A stretch of 64,000 nucleotides of DNA from Octopus bimaculoides. Taxonomy: Eukaryota. Below, one piece after another: positions 1-11,707 of the stretch (position 1 is the first letter of the stretch; every line of letters starts with the position of its first letter). The position numbers and the translations under genes are program-made. The notes beneath the pieces are model-generated. The model ran no database searches, was not told the origin of the DNA, and saw only the letters and a program-made list of their open reading frames with translations. The stretch lies in assembly GCF_001194135.2 (NCBI RefSeq), contig NC_068999.1, positions 47,471,259 through 47,535,258 on the forward strand, written 5' to 3'.

Positions 1-573
1 ACAAAACAAACAAAAGGAGTGGTTGAAACTGAAATAGATTTTTGAACATTTCTCTAGCTATGTCAGAGCAACAGCAAAATAGAAAATATCTCGTAACTTA
101 ATCTTGTATGATGGCCGCAGGTGGTTGTAAAAACATTTCAAATGAAGACTTCAGTCTCTCTGACTTAGTGGTAATGACTTTTCACTAAAATGAATTTAAG
201 GCTTTTTTTTTTTTTTTTTTTTAGTTTGATTTCCTGTTTTAGTGAAGAATTTAGTCAGTCACTATAAAGCTTGTTTCTTTGAAAATAAATATCATAAACA
301 TCACCTTCCGTCCATAACATTGTGAAACCGTTTGTCCTAACTCGATTCATATCTTCTTCAAACTTTTAGCATTATAGAAATTTAACAATGACAACAAAAT
401 TTGGCTGTGATATTAATAATTAAAATAACCAAAAAACATTTAAGTTGCTTGTAAAAGGGAACAAATTCTGAATTTAGTTATTAACTACTTTTAAACATAT
501 CAATAATCTTTTATCTAGCTATACTGAATAAATTTACCAAAACCTTTTGGAATATCACTTTTATATATTTTTT

Positions 574-719
574 GGTGCCACTTTAGCATGCAGTCTAACC
601 CATTCCTAAACCCTAACTCTAACCTCAATCCAACCCTGATCCTTCACCCTAACCCTGATCAGGTACTTTCACAGTATAAATAAAGGATACTGTGGTAGAC
701 TGCATGCTAAAGTAGTATC
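574..719. mobile_element. MITE with ~24-bp TIRs and an internal degenerate (CCCTAA)-like array
   Basis: 580-597 ACTTTAGCATGCAGTCTA is the perfect reverse complement of 696-713; the interior has ccctaa-like units. Confidence 0.7.
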
Positions 720-2410
720 ACTCCCTATTTTTTCTTTCCAAATAGGGCTTCATATAAATGGGAATTTTACATTTAAAGATAGACTTATTATTTTTAGGAA
801 GACTTATATTATAATGAATTTTTAAACTTCAGTTTCCTGCTGCCAACTTTTCTCTCTAAACCGCTCTACACTAGCCAACCAAATGTTAGTGTGTGTATAC
901 ATAAATAGATTTTATTTTACTGTTTTCTATTTCAATGTATTTTCAGAATAACTGGATTTTTTTGTATATATTGATTTTCGGTTTTCTTTAACAATAATTT
1001 TCCAAATCAAATCACTGTTTGATTGTTTTTATAACCTGGGGGTCATTTTAACTCTTTTACTTTGTATAAGAGTTGATTTTTCCAGTTCCAGATTCATAGA
1101 ATGTAATAGTCGTTCCGAGATGATACTCAAAGGATTTGATTTGAAGAATTCAGTTAGAATGAAACAATTTCTAAATTCATTAATGCAACACTTTGCTACT
1201 AATTAGTTAACGAATAAGAAAAACTTTGCAGTAGAACCATTTTGAAAAGAAATGAGGTACTTTCTCACGATTATGATTTTATACAGTTAATTCACTTATC
1301 TTGTGTGTGTGTATGTACACGCACAAGCACGTGTGTGTGTGTGTATACACACATATGCATATGCATAAATATATACATGTATGTATACATATATGCATGA
1401 TATTTTAAGTGAGGTCTTGAGCACACAGTTTAAATATTTAGATGGAAGACATTGTTTAAAGAAGATTGTTAAAATGGCCCCTTGTGACATCCTGGCTTCA
1501 TAACTTCCGGTTTATTTTAAAGTCCAGTCAGATTGCTGTATCTTGAATATTCAATAAAGAAACCATTATATCCAGTCTAGAGATATTATGTGCTTGATTG
1601 ACATATAATCGTAATGATTATCCTGTATTTGGATAAAGGTATATCTTTTATCTTTTGTTTCATTTATTGGACTGGGGCCATCTTCAAGATCAAGCTTGAG
1701 GGGTTTAGTCAAACAAATCAGTCCCAGTATTTTTTTTTTTTTTTCCTCAATTGTGGTACTTATTCTCTCAGTCTCTTTTACTGAATCACTGCCAAATCCA
1801 CTCACAAAGCTTCTGTTGACCTGAAACTGTAGTTGAAGACATCTACGTAAGGCACTGTGCAGTGTGACTGAACCTGAAACCATGTGGTTGAGAAACAAGC
1901 TTCTTATCACACAGCCAAGCCTTCACCTTTATAGGTTTGGTACAAAGTCTTTGGATATTTTAGCAAAATTTTTGCTTTATCTTGCATTAACATCTCAAGG
2001 AAGGATTAAAAAAAAACCCAGTTTAACCCTTTCAAAATTCAGAGCTTGAAGTAGATGAAGTTCCCACAAAACTGTCACCTCAACATTAAGGTGCTGATCC
2101 TAAAAGCATCCAAACAAGTGGTTTGAGAACTTTCCTGGTTGTTGCCAGTGCCACTGGACTGTCTCCTGTGCATGTGGCACATAAAAAACACCATTTTGAG
2201 CATGGCCGTTGCCAGTACCGTGTGATTGGCCCTCGTGCCAGTGGCACGTAAAAGCACCCACTACACTCTCGGAGTGGTTGGCGTTAGGAAGGGCATCCAG
2301 CTGTAGAAACTCTGCCAGATCAGATTGGAGCCTGGTGCAGCCATCCGGTTCACCAGTCCTCAGTGAAATCGTCCAACCCATGCTAGCATGGAAAGCGGAC
2401 GTCAAATGAT

Positions 2411-2446
<36 letters not shown>

Positions 2447-4935
2447 AAATACTCACTGTGAGTAAATATATGCACTAAGTATATGCAAATATACCAGAGT
2501 GTATATTGGTATATACGCATACTCTGTATATCTATATATTCTGGTTCAAGTAGAAGATGCAAACAGCATCATGTGTACAAGAATATTCTAGGCATGGAAT
2601 AAGAACCATCTTCGTCTGTGACTTGAATAAAGAAATCAGTTCAAAATTCCAAGAAACTTACTAAATATGTCAGTGACCAGATGAAGACCTAAAGGTAGAA
2701 TGGCTATAACAAGCCAAGATTAGTCTGAATATATCAATATGTGATAATCCTTTCTACTAGAGACAGGGACGGGTGCCTGAAATTTTCTGGGCTGGGACTA
2801 GTCAATTACACCCACCTACCCCGCTCCCAATGTTTCGCTAGTATTTGATTTATCGATCCCAAAAGGATGAAAGGCAAAATTGAACTCAGAACGTTGTGGC
2901 TGATGTTTCTGCCTTAGGGCACAATGGCTGAGACATTGTGACTATAACAACCAGGATGAATATATTGCTATATGATATTGATTTCAAATTCTGGCACAAG
3001 GCCAGCAATTTCATGGGATGGAGTAAGTCTATTACATTGATCCCTAGTATTTTACTGGTACTATTTTATCGATACTGAAAGGATGGAAGGCAAAGTTGAC
3101 CATGGCAAAATTTGAACTTGAAATGTGAAGAAATACTAATACGCTTTTTACCTGGCGTGTTAATGGTTCTACCAGTTTGCTGTCTTAATATTACTATATA
3201 ATATTGATAATTCTTGAAAAATGGCGGAGGATACAATGACTAAGACAGCCAAGATAGAAGACATGAGTCTGAAATATATCAGGGTGGACCTATCCGTCCA
3301 TTGTAAATAATGTATATTAGTGTATAATACTATATTTTCTAGGTGGTGAGTTGGCAGAAACATTAGCATATGTTCTGAGTTCAAATTCCGCCGAGGTTGA
3401 CTTTGCCCTTCATTCTTTTGCGGTCGATAAATTAAGTACCAATTGTATACTGGAGTCAATCTAATCGACTGCCCCCCCCCCTCCCCCAAAACTTCAGGCC
3501 TTGTATCTAGAGTAGAAAAGGATATATATTTCCAAAAGGCAGCAGGCTGGCAGAAACGTTAGCATGCCGGGCGAAATGCTTAGCGGTATTTCATCTGTCT
3601 TTATGTTCTGAGTTCAAATTCCGCTGAGGTCAACTTTGCCGTTCATCCTTTCAGGGTCGATAAATTAAGTACCAGTTGTGTACCGGGGTTAATCTAGTCG
3701 ACTGCCCCTCCCCCTCCCCAAAAATTTTGGGCCTTGTGCAAAGAGTAGAAAAGAATATATTTATTAATTTTGGCACAAGACCAGCAATATTGAGGGACAA
3801 GGGGAAACAATTACATTAATCCCAGTGTTCAATTGGTACTTATTTTATTGACCCTGAAAGCCAAAGTTGTCCTCAATGGAATTTGAACTTGGAATATAGA
3901 GAACCAGAAGAAATGCTGCTAAGCATTTTGCTGACATGATAATGATTTCGCCTGCTTACTGCCTTATGTGAGAGTATAATAATCCTTTGTTATATAAGCA
4001 CAAGGCTTGAAATTTGATGGGAGGAGGAGGGGGGGGGCTAGCTGATCATATCAGCCCTAGTGTTTGACTGGTACTTAATCTATCGACCTTGAAAGGGATG
4101 AAAGACAAAGGTCGACCTCGATGGAATTTGAATTCAGAATGTAACGGTCTGAAATTTTGTGGAAGGGGTTAGTTGATTACATTGCACCCCAGTGCACAAC
4201 TAGTATTTGTTTCATCGACCCTCAAAGAATGAATGACATAGTCAACCCTGGCTGAATTTGAACTCAGAACATTAAGACAGCAAAGCTCCACGATAGTGCA
4301 TGATCAAAACAAGGTTAATAAATAAGTGTTCTGTATGACAGAATGTATCTGAATGCCAAGAAGTTAAATTGATAGTGGAGGGAGTTTTTTAAAAAGATTT
4401 GGCTGTAATTTCTTACAAGATCTTTTAGAGATTTCTTTATCGGTTTATGAGAAATATATGTAAAGTAATTTGTTACCAATATTGAATATTCCAGTTAATG
4501 ATCCAAAAAGAATTTTGAATGTTTATTTTATTGATTGGAAATATTTTAATAAGTATTATTGAACAATTGGTTGTTAGCTTGCATGTTTTATACTTTGAAT
4601 TTTCAAGAACTCAAGAAAATGGTGCCTTCCTGGTTTATTATAAACATATGACAATCTTTATGTGGCCATCTCTGGTAACTTGTTATGAGCATTTTAGAAT
4701 GGTTTACAAATGTCTGACAGAAGTTTTCAGCAGCCATGAAGAATACAGCATAACTTTTAGAAGCGTTATCCTTCATTTCTTGTAAAAATAATTTTCTGAT
4801 AATGTTATTATAATGCTATCATAATAACATTATAATGTTGTTATAAGGTTATTATAAAGTCATTATAACAAAGTTATATGGGAAACAATTATTGGTTTAA
4901 TTTTGTTGTCTTCAATGTTACACTGAAGAAGTGTT

Positions 4936-5118
4936 TTAGCAGTGGTCATGGTGATGGTAATCGTGATGATGATGGTCGTGATGACCATGGTGACCATGGT
5001 GACCATGATGATCATAGTGAACATGATGTCCGTGGTGGCCTCCATGGTGATGGTCATGACCAAACACCATGTCATGTACTGCATGTTTGATGGCGCCACC
5101 AACACCCTCATGATGTTC
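4936..5118 (-). CDS. His-rich gene, terminal His/Gly/Asp-rich exon
   Basis: ttttctttttttaataatttcag|GAA CAT CAT..., 60 codons then TAA at 4938-4936; 29 His. Confidence 0.88.
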   Translation of the reverse strand, partial: EHHEGVGGAIKHAVHDMVFGHDHHHGGHHGHHVHYDHHGHHGHHGHHDHHHHDYHHHDHC

Positions 5119-6636
5119 CTGAAATTATTAAAAAAAGAAAACAATGTTAACATCAAGAAATGTAAATTTTGAATCTTTTTGTTCTAACGGATGATATTGG
5201 TTCTAAATCTATCGATTGATATCACCGCTAGACATATTGATCTCCTATTAATGGTTGCGTCTTTTACTTCTGATGCACATGAAGTTTCCTGCAACTGTGA
5301 TGGTTTTGAGAATGGAGATCATGTTATGCCACCTGACACCTTTCCACAGGGACCGAATTAACACTACTGGATACATTGAGGCACTGGAAATGGTTGTTAA
5401 GCCATAACATGTTTCAACATGACCAGCACCTTCTCACAAAACCCACAGAACCCAAAAATGGATGTCAGACAATCTTTATGATCATATAACACCAAACTCA
5501 TGGCCGCCAAACTTGCTAAATTGGACCGTTTAGCATTTAAATGTACATATGTCTTCTACTAAAGCCTTGGGCCAACCAAGGATTAGGTAGACAGAAACTG
5601 AAAGAAGCCCGTCATGTATGTATACATATATATTTATATATGTGTTTGTCCCCCCACCATCACTTGACAACCAATGTTGGTGTGCTTACGTCCCCGTAAC
5701 CTAGTGGTTCAGCAACAGAGACCGATAGAATAAGTACTAGGCTTACAAAGACTAAGTCCTGGGGTCGATTCGGTCGACTAAAAGGCGCTACTCCAGCATG
5801 GCTGCAAGCAAATGATTGAAACAAATCAAAAAATAAGAGAATATATACATATATATTTATACAAGGGGTTGCTGAAAAATTCCTGCCTTCGGGTAAAGGA
5901 AAGTGAAGGAGTATCAGTTAATTATTCAACATCATCCCCTCCTAGATTCACACGTGTATTGCAGTGGTCCTTCAGTTGTTATAAACCCTGTAAAAAAAAC
6001 TGAGAAAGTTGGGCCTCCAATCAGGCTTTCCATGATATCCTTAAAGCCAGGGGCTTTTCAGCACCCCATCATATATATATATATATATAATGGAGAAATT
6101 ATACAAAATGTACAAGTGGATTATGAGTAAAGCACCAGCACAGTTTCGATTACCTGTTATTATCCTTAGATTGCAGGAACTTCATAGTGGCAGTTGAGGT
6201 AAGAGTATAAAATTTCTTTTTTCCATCTATTTCATTAATACTAATATATATATATATATATATAGTATATATACATATGTATATAAAGTTATCTCTATCC
6301 TAATTCCTGTTACATGTTAAAACTCGCAAGAAATGTCTGAAGTAAAACTTTGTCAAATACACTTACTTCTATAACAATGGTTGGTGGTGGTCTCTGAGCT
6401 GGTGGTGGGTATGGTTGGGGTGGGTAATATGGTCCATTGTAAGGGTAGGCTCCGGATGGTGGAGGGCCTCCTAAACAAAAAAGCAAAGCAAAAATTGCAT
6501 GTTATTGATGTATCATTTAATAGTTTGGTTTTTTTGCATCGCATTTAGTGGCAGTAAATCATAGTGAAGTCAATTTTGCCCGTCATCATTTAGAATTATC
6601 AGAAAAGTACTAGAACGGATCCCCTCTCTCTCTCTT

Positions 6637-6716
<80 letters not shown>

Positions 6717-7903
6717 TTAAATAATCCTTGATGGGGTTATCTAATATGAGTTGAGAATAATTGTACTTACCTGGATTTCCATATGGATCTATAATGGAAG
6801 AAGAAAAATAAAATGAAATACATTAGGAGACAAGTATATTCAATATGAGTGAAATAACTATTTATTAATGTTGTTCCAAAAGTAAGAATACTCTATTTTT
6901 GATGTCATTAGAAACATTATAAGGAATTGAGCTGATAATGTTGGTTTCAGTGTTTGATGTTTCATTTAACTTCATATTTTGGTTGAGTCAAACTGATTAA
7001 GTGTTGTAACAAAGTCATAAACTGTATTTGACGGTACATAAGACACTTTTCTTTAAAAAGAAATGAAGTTTTGAAAAAATCATGCTGGGTCCTATATGCA
7101 ATGTTGGACCTATATTATAGACTTCAATGCACCAGAGCCTTTTTTCCCTGAATATGTGCTGTTGAAATTAGGGCACAGTTAATATGCCCATGCATCATTT
7201 CTTGACTCAAACATAACAACACTATGAATCATTACAAAAATAGCTGCTATAACAAATTATCACAGAAAATAATATTCTTTTATGTGATCTCGTTATCTTA
7301 ACATTATCTTAATTGCACCACCAAAGGTGTTTTTAACATCTCACCAATTATTATTAGAACCATTCTGCAACTATTCCACAACAATTTCTTCTACTTTTCA
7401 TCTCCCACCCCTACCCAAGTAATTCTCATCAGGAATCTAGATTTCAATCTAGTTTGGGTGATTTGTAGAATTCCTTGATAGAAAACCTTATTATTCTATG
7501 TTGAATCAGTTCTGTAAGATGTTTAGGTCAATACTCAGAATTTCCTCTATCAGGTTATCAGGGCAGATCACCTTATTGATTGATCTCTTTATCTCTTATC
7601 TTTTAACTGATTTCATAATTACATCAATAGATGAAGTAATTGAAAGATGTATGGATTTGTAAACATGTTTATCAGTCAACGTATTTATCAGTAAACAGGT
7701 TTATCTGCTGTATTTATACATTTTTGTATTCTATGAAGACAGACTTCAGACTTTGCTTTCTTCGAGTTTCAATGGTTTATCTTTTGTCTTTTGTTGGTGC
7801 AACTAAACTGATTGAATTGTGACCTTACTGAAAGCTAGACACAATTACTTTTGGTATCTGTAGAAGTACACATAAATACATACATACATAGGTACACACA
7901 TGC

Positions 7904-7934
<31 letters not shown>

Positions 7935-8230
7935 CACACACACATATCTATGTATGTATGTATTAATGCATGTGTGCCTGTGCTTGTGTGTATGTGTGTA
8001 TATATGTACACAGCTATAAATGTAGGTTTGGTGGAAAATATGCTTTACACACACAAACACAAACATACAGTCAATGCATACATAGCATATATACATTTTT
8101 CTTTACCACTCATCGTTTCGGGGTTGATAAATTAAGTACCAGTTGCGTACTGAGGTCGATTTAATCAACTAGCCCCCTCCCCCTGAAAAAATTTCGAGCC
8201 TTGTGCCTAGAGTAGAAAAGAATATATATA

Positions 8231-8261
<31 letters not shown>

Positions 8262-11000
8262 GCAGGCAAGAAGGTAGGTAGGCTGGTAAGCTGACAAACA
8301 GACAACTAGACACACAGACTGACTGACAGACGATCACTCTCTGCACCCAATTCTTCCATCCCATATCAGAATGACTATCAAATAATATGGCATTTATCTA
8401 CAACATACTTTTTATCTTCCATTCTGTCGCTGCTAAGAACTGATAGTAAATTGCTCCGACTATGTCTCTGCAAACACATTTCCAAACGATAAAGAACTCC
8501 CAGCAGTACATGTGCCCTCACAGTCTAAGATAACTATATCTCAGTGACTTTACAGACAAAGTATGTATGTATACATGCATTGTTTGTATGTGTTGTTTGT
8601 ATGTATGTATGTCATTGTTCAGTTTTATTTCAAGATTTCTTGCCAATAGAGAAAGATCTGGTTTCTAACCTAAACCCAAGGCTCCTTCATTGGAATTTCA
8701 ACATCAATAACAGGGTATTTTTGTATGTATGAATGTATGCATGTGTGCAGATTTGTATGTTTAGTTTTATGTGTGTATTCTCATGCATGTAGTTGCATAT
8801 CTAGACATACTCAGATATACTTAAATGATAAATTTTTGGGAAGTCTTACAGATTTTTAAAGTTCCAGTGATGTATGCATGAATGACTGTATGTACATCTA
8901 CATGCACCACAAGGAATTGTGTCTAATGTTTATCATACTCTTAACATCCACTTTCCCATGCTTGCATGGGTTGGATAGGAATTTGTTGGGGTGGCTTCTC
9001 AATAGCAAACTGCCCTTCACCTGTTTCCAAGTGAGGCAATGTTTCTCCATGACCAGATATGTTTTTTTTTATAGAAGATTGGGAGTGAAGGACACTGCTT
9101 ATTTGATGGTGACATTCGCTTACATTTGTACAATGTCAAGTCGAGGAGTCAATTAAACACATACACACACACCCACACACACACACGCATGTATATTAAG
9201 CTAACTAATGGCTACTTTTGTTTTTCAACACATTACATGCAAACAAATGCATTAACAAGGTACCATGTAGTGAGATTGAAAGCAGAACCTTGAGGTTCTG
9301 ATGCAAACTTCTTACCACACTCAGCTAGGACTAATTTTATCAGCCCTTAAAGGCTGAAAGGTGAAACTTCAGTCAGTCCTGCTTATACAGAAATATGGCA
9401 TGAAGATAGAGAATCAAATGTTGAAGTCTGAACCCATAGATCTAACGTACCGATGACATAAAGTTAGTTATTCAAACGGTGAGATGTGATCCACAGGTCT
9501 ACTACCCTGAAGATTCCAGACCTTTAACTAAAATCTCCTACATTTCTAATGATTTTATAACAAACATTTTAGAAAAAATATTATTTGACGCTTTCATAGA
9601 AATAACCATTTCTGTTATAGACAACAATACCTGAAATTTTAGGGGAGCATTTCATCAATTACATTGAACCCAGGGCTCGACTGGTACTTATTTCATCGAC
9701 CCTGAAAGGACGAAGGACTAAGTCATCCTTAGCGGAATTTGAACTCAGAATGTATAGTTGGAATAAATCCCGCCAAGCATTTTGTCCGACATGCTAATGA
9801 TTCTGCTAGCTTGCCTTAGTTTTCATAGAAATAATGAACAATAGCATAAAATCAGAATTTGTTTCTTAGAATAATGATGAGAAAGTTTGGTAAAAGTGAC
9901 CAATACTTCTCTATCTCCAATGTCCCCTGAGTGTATGTCTCAACATATATTCTCCATCGTCTTTCTTACTAATCTCTCTCTTATTTTACATCTGGGGTAC
10001 TCAAAGGTGCAGGAGTGGCTGTGTGGTAAGAAGCTTGTGGTGGCGAGCTGGCAAAAACGTTAGCACGCCGGGCGAAATGCTTAGCGGTATTTCGCCTGCG
10101 TTCTGAGTTCCGAGTTCAAATTCTGCCGATGTCGACTTAGCCTTTCATCCTTTCGGGGTCGATTAAATAAGTACCAGTTACGCACTGGGATCGATGTAAT
10201 CGACTTAATCCGTTTGTCTGTCCTTGTTTGTCCCCTCTNNNNNNNNNNNNNNNNNNNNNNNNNNNNNNNNNNNNNNNNNNNNNNNNNNNNNNNNNNNNNN
10301 NNNNNNNNNNNNNNNNNNNNNNNNNNNNNNNNNNNNNNNNNNNNNNNNNNNNNNNNNNNNNNNNNNNNNNNNNNNNNNNNNNNNNNNNNNNNNNNNNNNN
10401 NNNNNNNNNNNNNNNNNNNNNNNNNNNNNNNNNNNNNNNNNNNNNNNNNNNNNNNNNNNNNNNNNNNNNNNNNNNNNNNNNNNNNNNNNNNNNNNNNNNN
10501 NNNNNNNNNNNNNNNNNNNNNNNNNNNNNNNNNNNNNNNNNNNNNNNNNNNNNNNNNNNNNNNNNNNNNNNNNNNNNNNNNNNNNNNNNNNNNNNNNNNN
10601 NNNNNNNNNNNNNNNNNNNNNNNNNNNNNNNNNNNNNNNNNNNNNNNNNNNNNNNNNNNNNNNNNNNNNNNNNNNNNNNNNNNNNNNNNNNNNNNNNNNN
10701 NNNNNNNNNNNNNNNNNNNNNNNNNNNNNNNNNNNNNNNNNNNNNNNNNNNNNNNNNNNNNNNNNNNNNNNNNNNNNNNNNNNNNNNNNNNNNNNNNNNN
10801 NNNNNNNNNNNNNNNNNNNNNNNNNNNNNNNNNNNNNNNNNNNNNNNNNNNNACTAGGCTTCCAAAGAATAAGTCCCGGGGTCGATTTGCTTGACTAAAG
10901 GCGGTGCCCCAGCATGGCTGCAGTCAAATGACTGAAACAAGTAAAAGAGATAAAAGAGGTTTTTTTTAAAAATGAATTTTTACTTACTATAAGGATTCAT
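4936..11000 (-). CDS. Small Pro/Tyr-rich + histidine-rich protein, 105 aa, 4 coding exons, family not recognised
   Basis: Exons 11000-10988 (13 nt), 6788-6771 (18 nt), 6470-6367 (104 nt), 5118-4936 (183 nt). All introns are GT-AG, all three donors are GTAAGT and the phases match (1,1,0). Translation: MNPYNPYGNPGGPPPSGAYPYNGPYYPPQPYPPPAQRPPPTIVIE-EHHEGVGGAIKHAVHDMVFGHDHHHGGHHGHHVHYDHHGHHGHHGHHDHHHHDYHHHDHC*. Mixed CAT/CAC and GGT/GGC/GGA codons argue for coding sequence rather than a microsatellite. Confidence 0.8.
5290..5530 (+). mobile_element. Decayed Tc1/mariner-superfamily transposase fragment (catalytic region)
   Basis: Frameshifted translation gives HVMPPDTFPQG...GYIEALEMVVKP...QKWMSDNLYDHITPNSWPPN, matching the FPQG and W-P-P-N-S-P-D-L-N-P region of these transposases. 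Confidence 0.7.
6367..6470 (-). CDS. His-rich gene, Pro/Tyr-rich exon
   Basis: ttttgtttag|GAGGCCCT...ATAGAA|gtaagt, encoding GGPPPSGAYPYNGPYYPPQPYPPPAQRPPPTIVIE. Confidence 0.85.
6771..6788 (-). CDS. His-rich gene, 18-nt microexon ((N)PYGNP)
   Basis: Long pyrimidine tract, then tttttcttcttccattatag|ATCCATATGGAAATCCAG|gtaagt; phase 1 to 1. Confidence 0.75.
10239..10852. other. Assembly gap (others at 12426-12435, 14718-14959, 29430-29930, 30463-30561, 34021-34988, 36314-36643, 51361-51832)
   Basis: Runs of N. Confidence 1.
10988..11000 (-). CDS. His-rich gene, ATG-containing exon (whole exon 11006-10988; MNPY + phase 1)
   Basis: Minus strand reads aaatcag|AAAATC ATG AAT CCT TAT A|gtaagt. 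The NPY content matches the next microexon. Confidence 0.62.
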
Positions 11001-11525
11001 GATTTTCTGATTTAACACCAAATACTCTTGCCGCTTGCCAAACTGATTTAATCACTTGTTTGAAAATGGTTCTTATATATGCACGGACACACGCACATAC
11101 ACACTCACATTTGTGTATGATTATGTGTGTATCTATGTAAGTATACGCATGTATATATATATGTGCAGGTGTGAGTGAATGAGTGTGTGTATGTGTGTGT
11201 AGAACAGTGTGGGCAGGGACTTGAAGGTTTTTTCTATAAATAAATAATAAAGTCATGTGATTTGTTTTAAGAAGACTTTGGAGTTATGACCTCATTGTGT
11301 TCTCTTAATGAATCATTATAATAGATTAATAACCTACCAAAGTGAAAGTTTTTAGATCTAAAATCTTATCAACAACACTTGAATATATTTGTTCTCCTAT
11401 TTTGAAGCTGTGACCTTCTCACAATAATATTTCATCAGAAAGAAAAAGAAAGAAAAAGCAGTCTTATTTATTAGTTGTCATCATTACTTATGTAAATTCA
11501 TTAAGTTGTAATATAAATATAACAT

Positions 11526-11575
<50 letters not shown>

Positions 11576-11670
11576 TAATTAAGGGATCAGCAAATATTTG
11601 CTTCACCAAATACCGATGACTGAACACTATTCAATTTTTTTTCTCCGTGTTTTTCTCCTTGTCTCCGTAT

Positions 11671-11707
11671 TCTTTCTGTTGAAGAGCGTAGCTCGAAACG
11701 TCAAAGA
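11671..11707 (+). ncRNA. Minimal type I hammerhead-ribozyme-like motif (A6U variant) in a Penelope-like relic
   Basis: TCTTT-CTGTTGA-A GAGC gta GCTC-GAAA-C GT C-AAAGA: stem I TCTTT/AAAGA, stem II GAGC/GCTC, palindromic ACGT stem III, GUC cleavage triplet. Confidence 0.6.

Noticed and set aside
50-110. Minus-strand YFLFCCCSD as a CYSTM-type last exon for the Pro/Tyr gene
   Set aside because: In-frame stop just upstream and no good acceptor. The 5118 exon fits phase and splice signals far better.
595-660. Interstitial telomere
   Set aside because: The units are degenerate and enclosed by TIRs, so they belong to a MITE.
4863-5172. Track ORFs 4863-5156 (-), 4878-5090 (+) and 4942-5172 (+)
   Set aside because: These are alternative or antisense frames of the His-rich exon. 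Only the His frame has a strong acceptor in phase with the upstream exon.
6157-6230. Possible small exons on either strand near 6160-6230
   Set aside because: Weak acceptors or wrong phase; not needed for the gene model.
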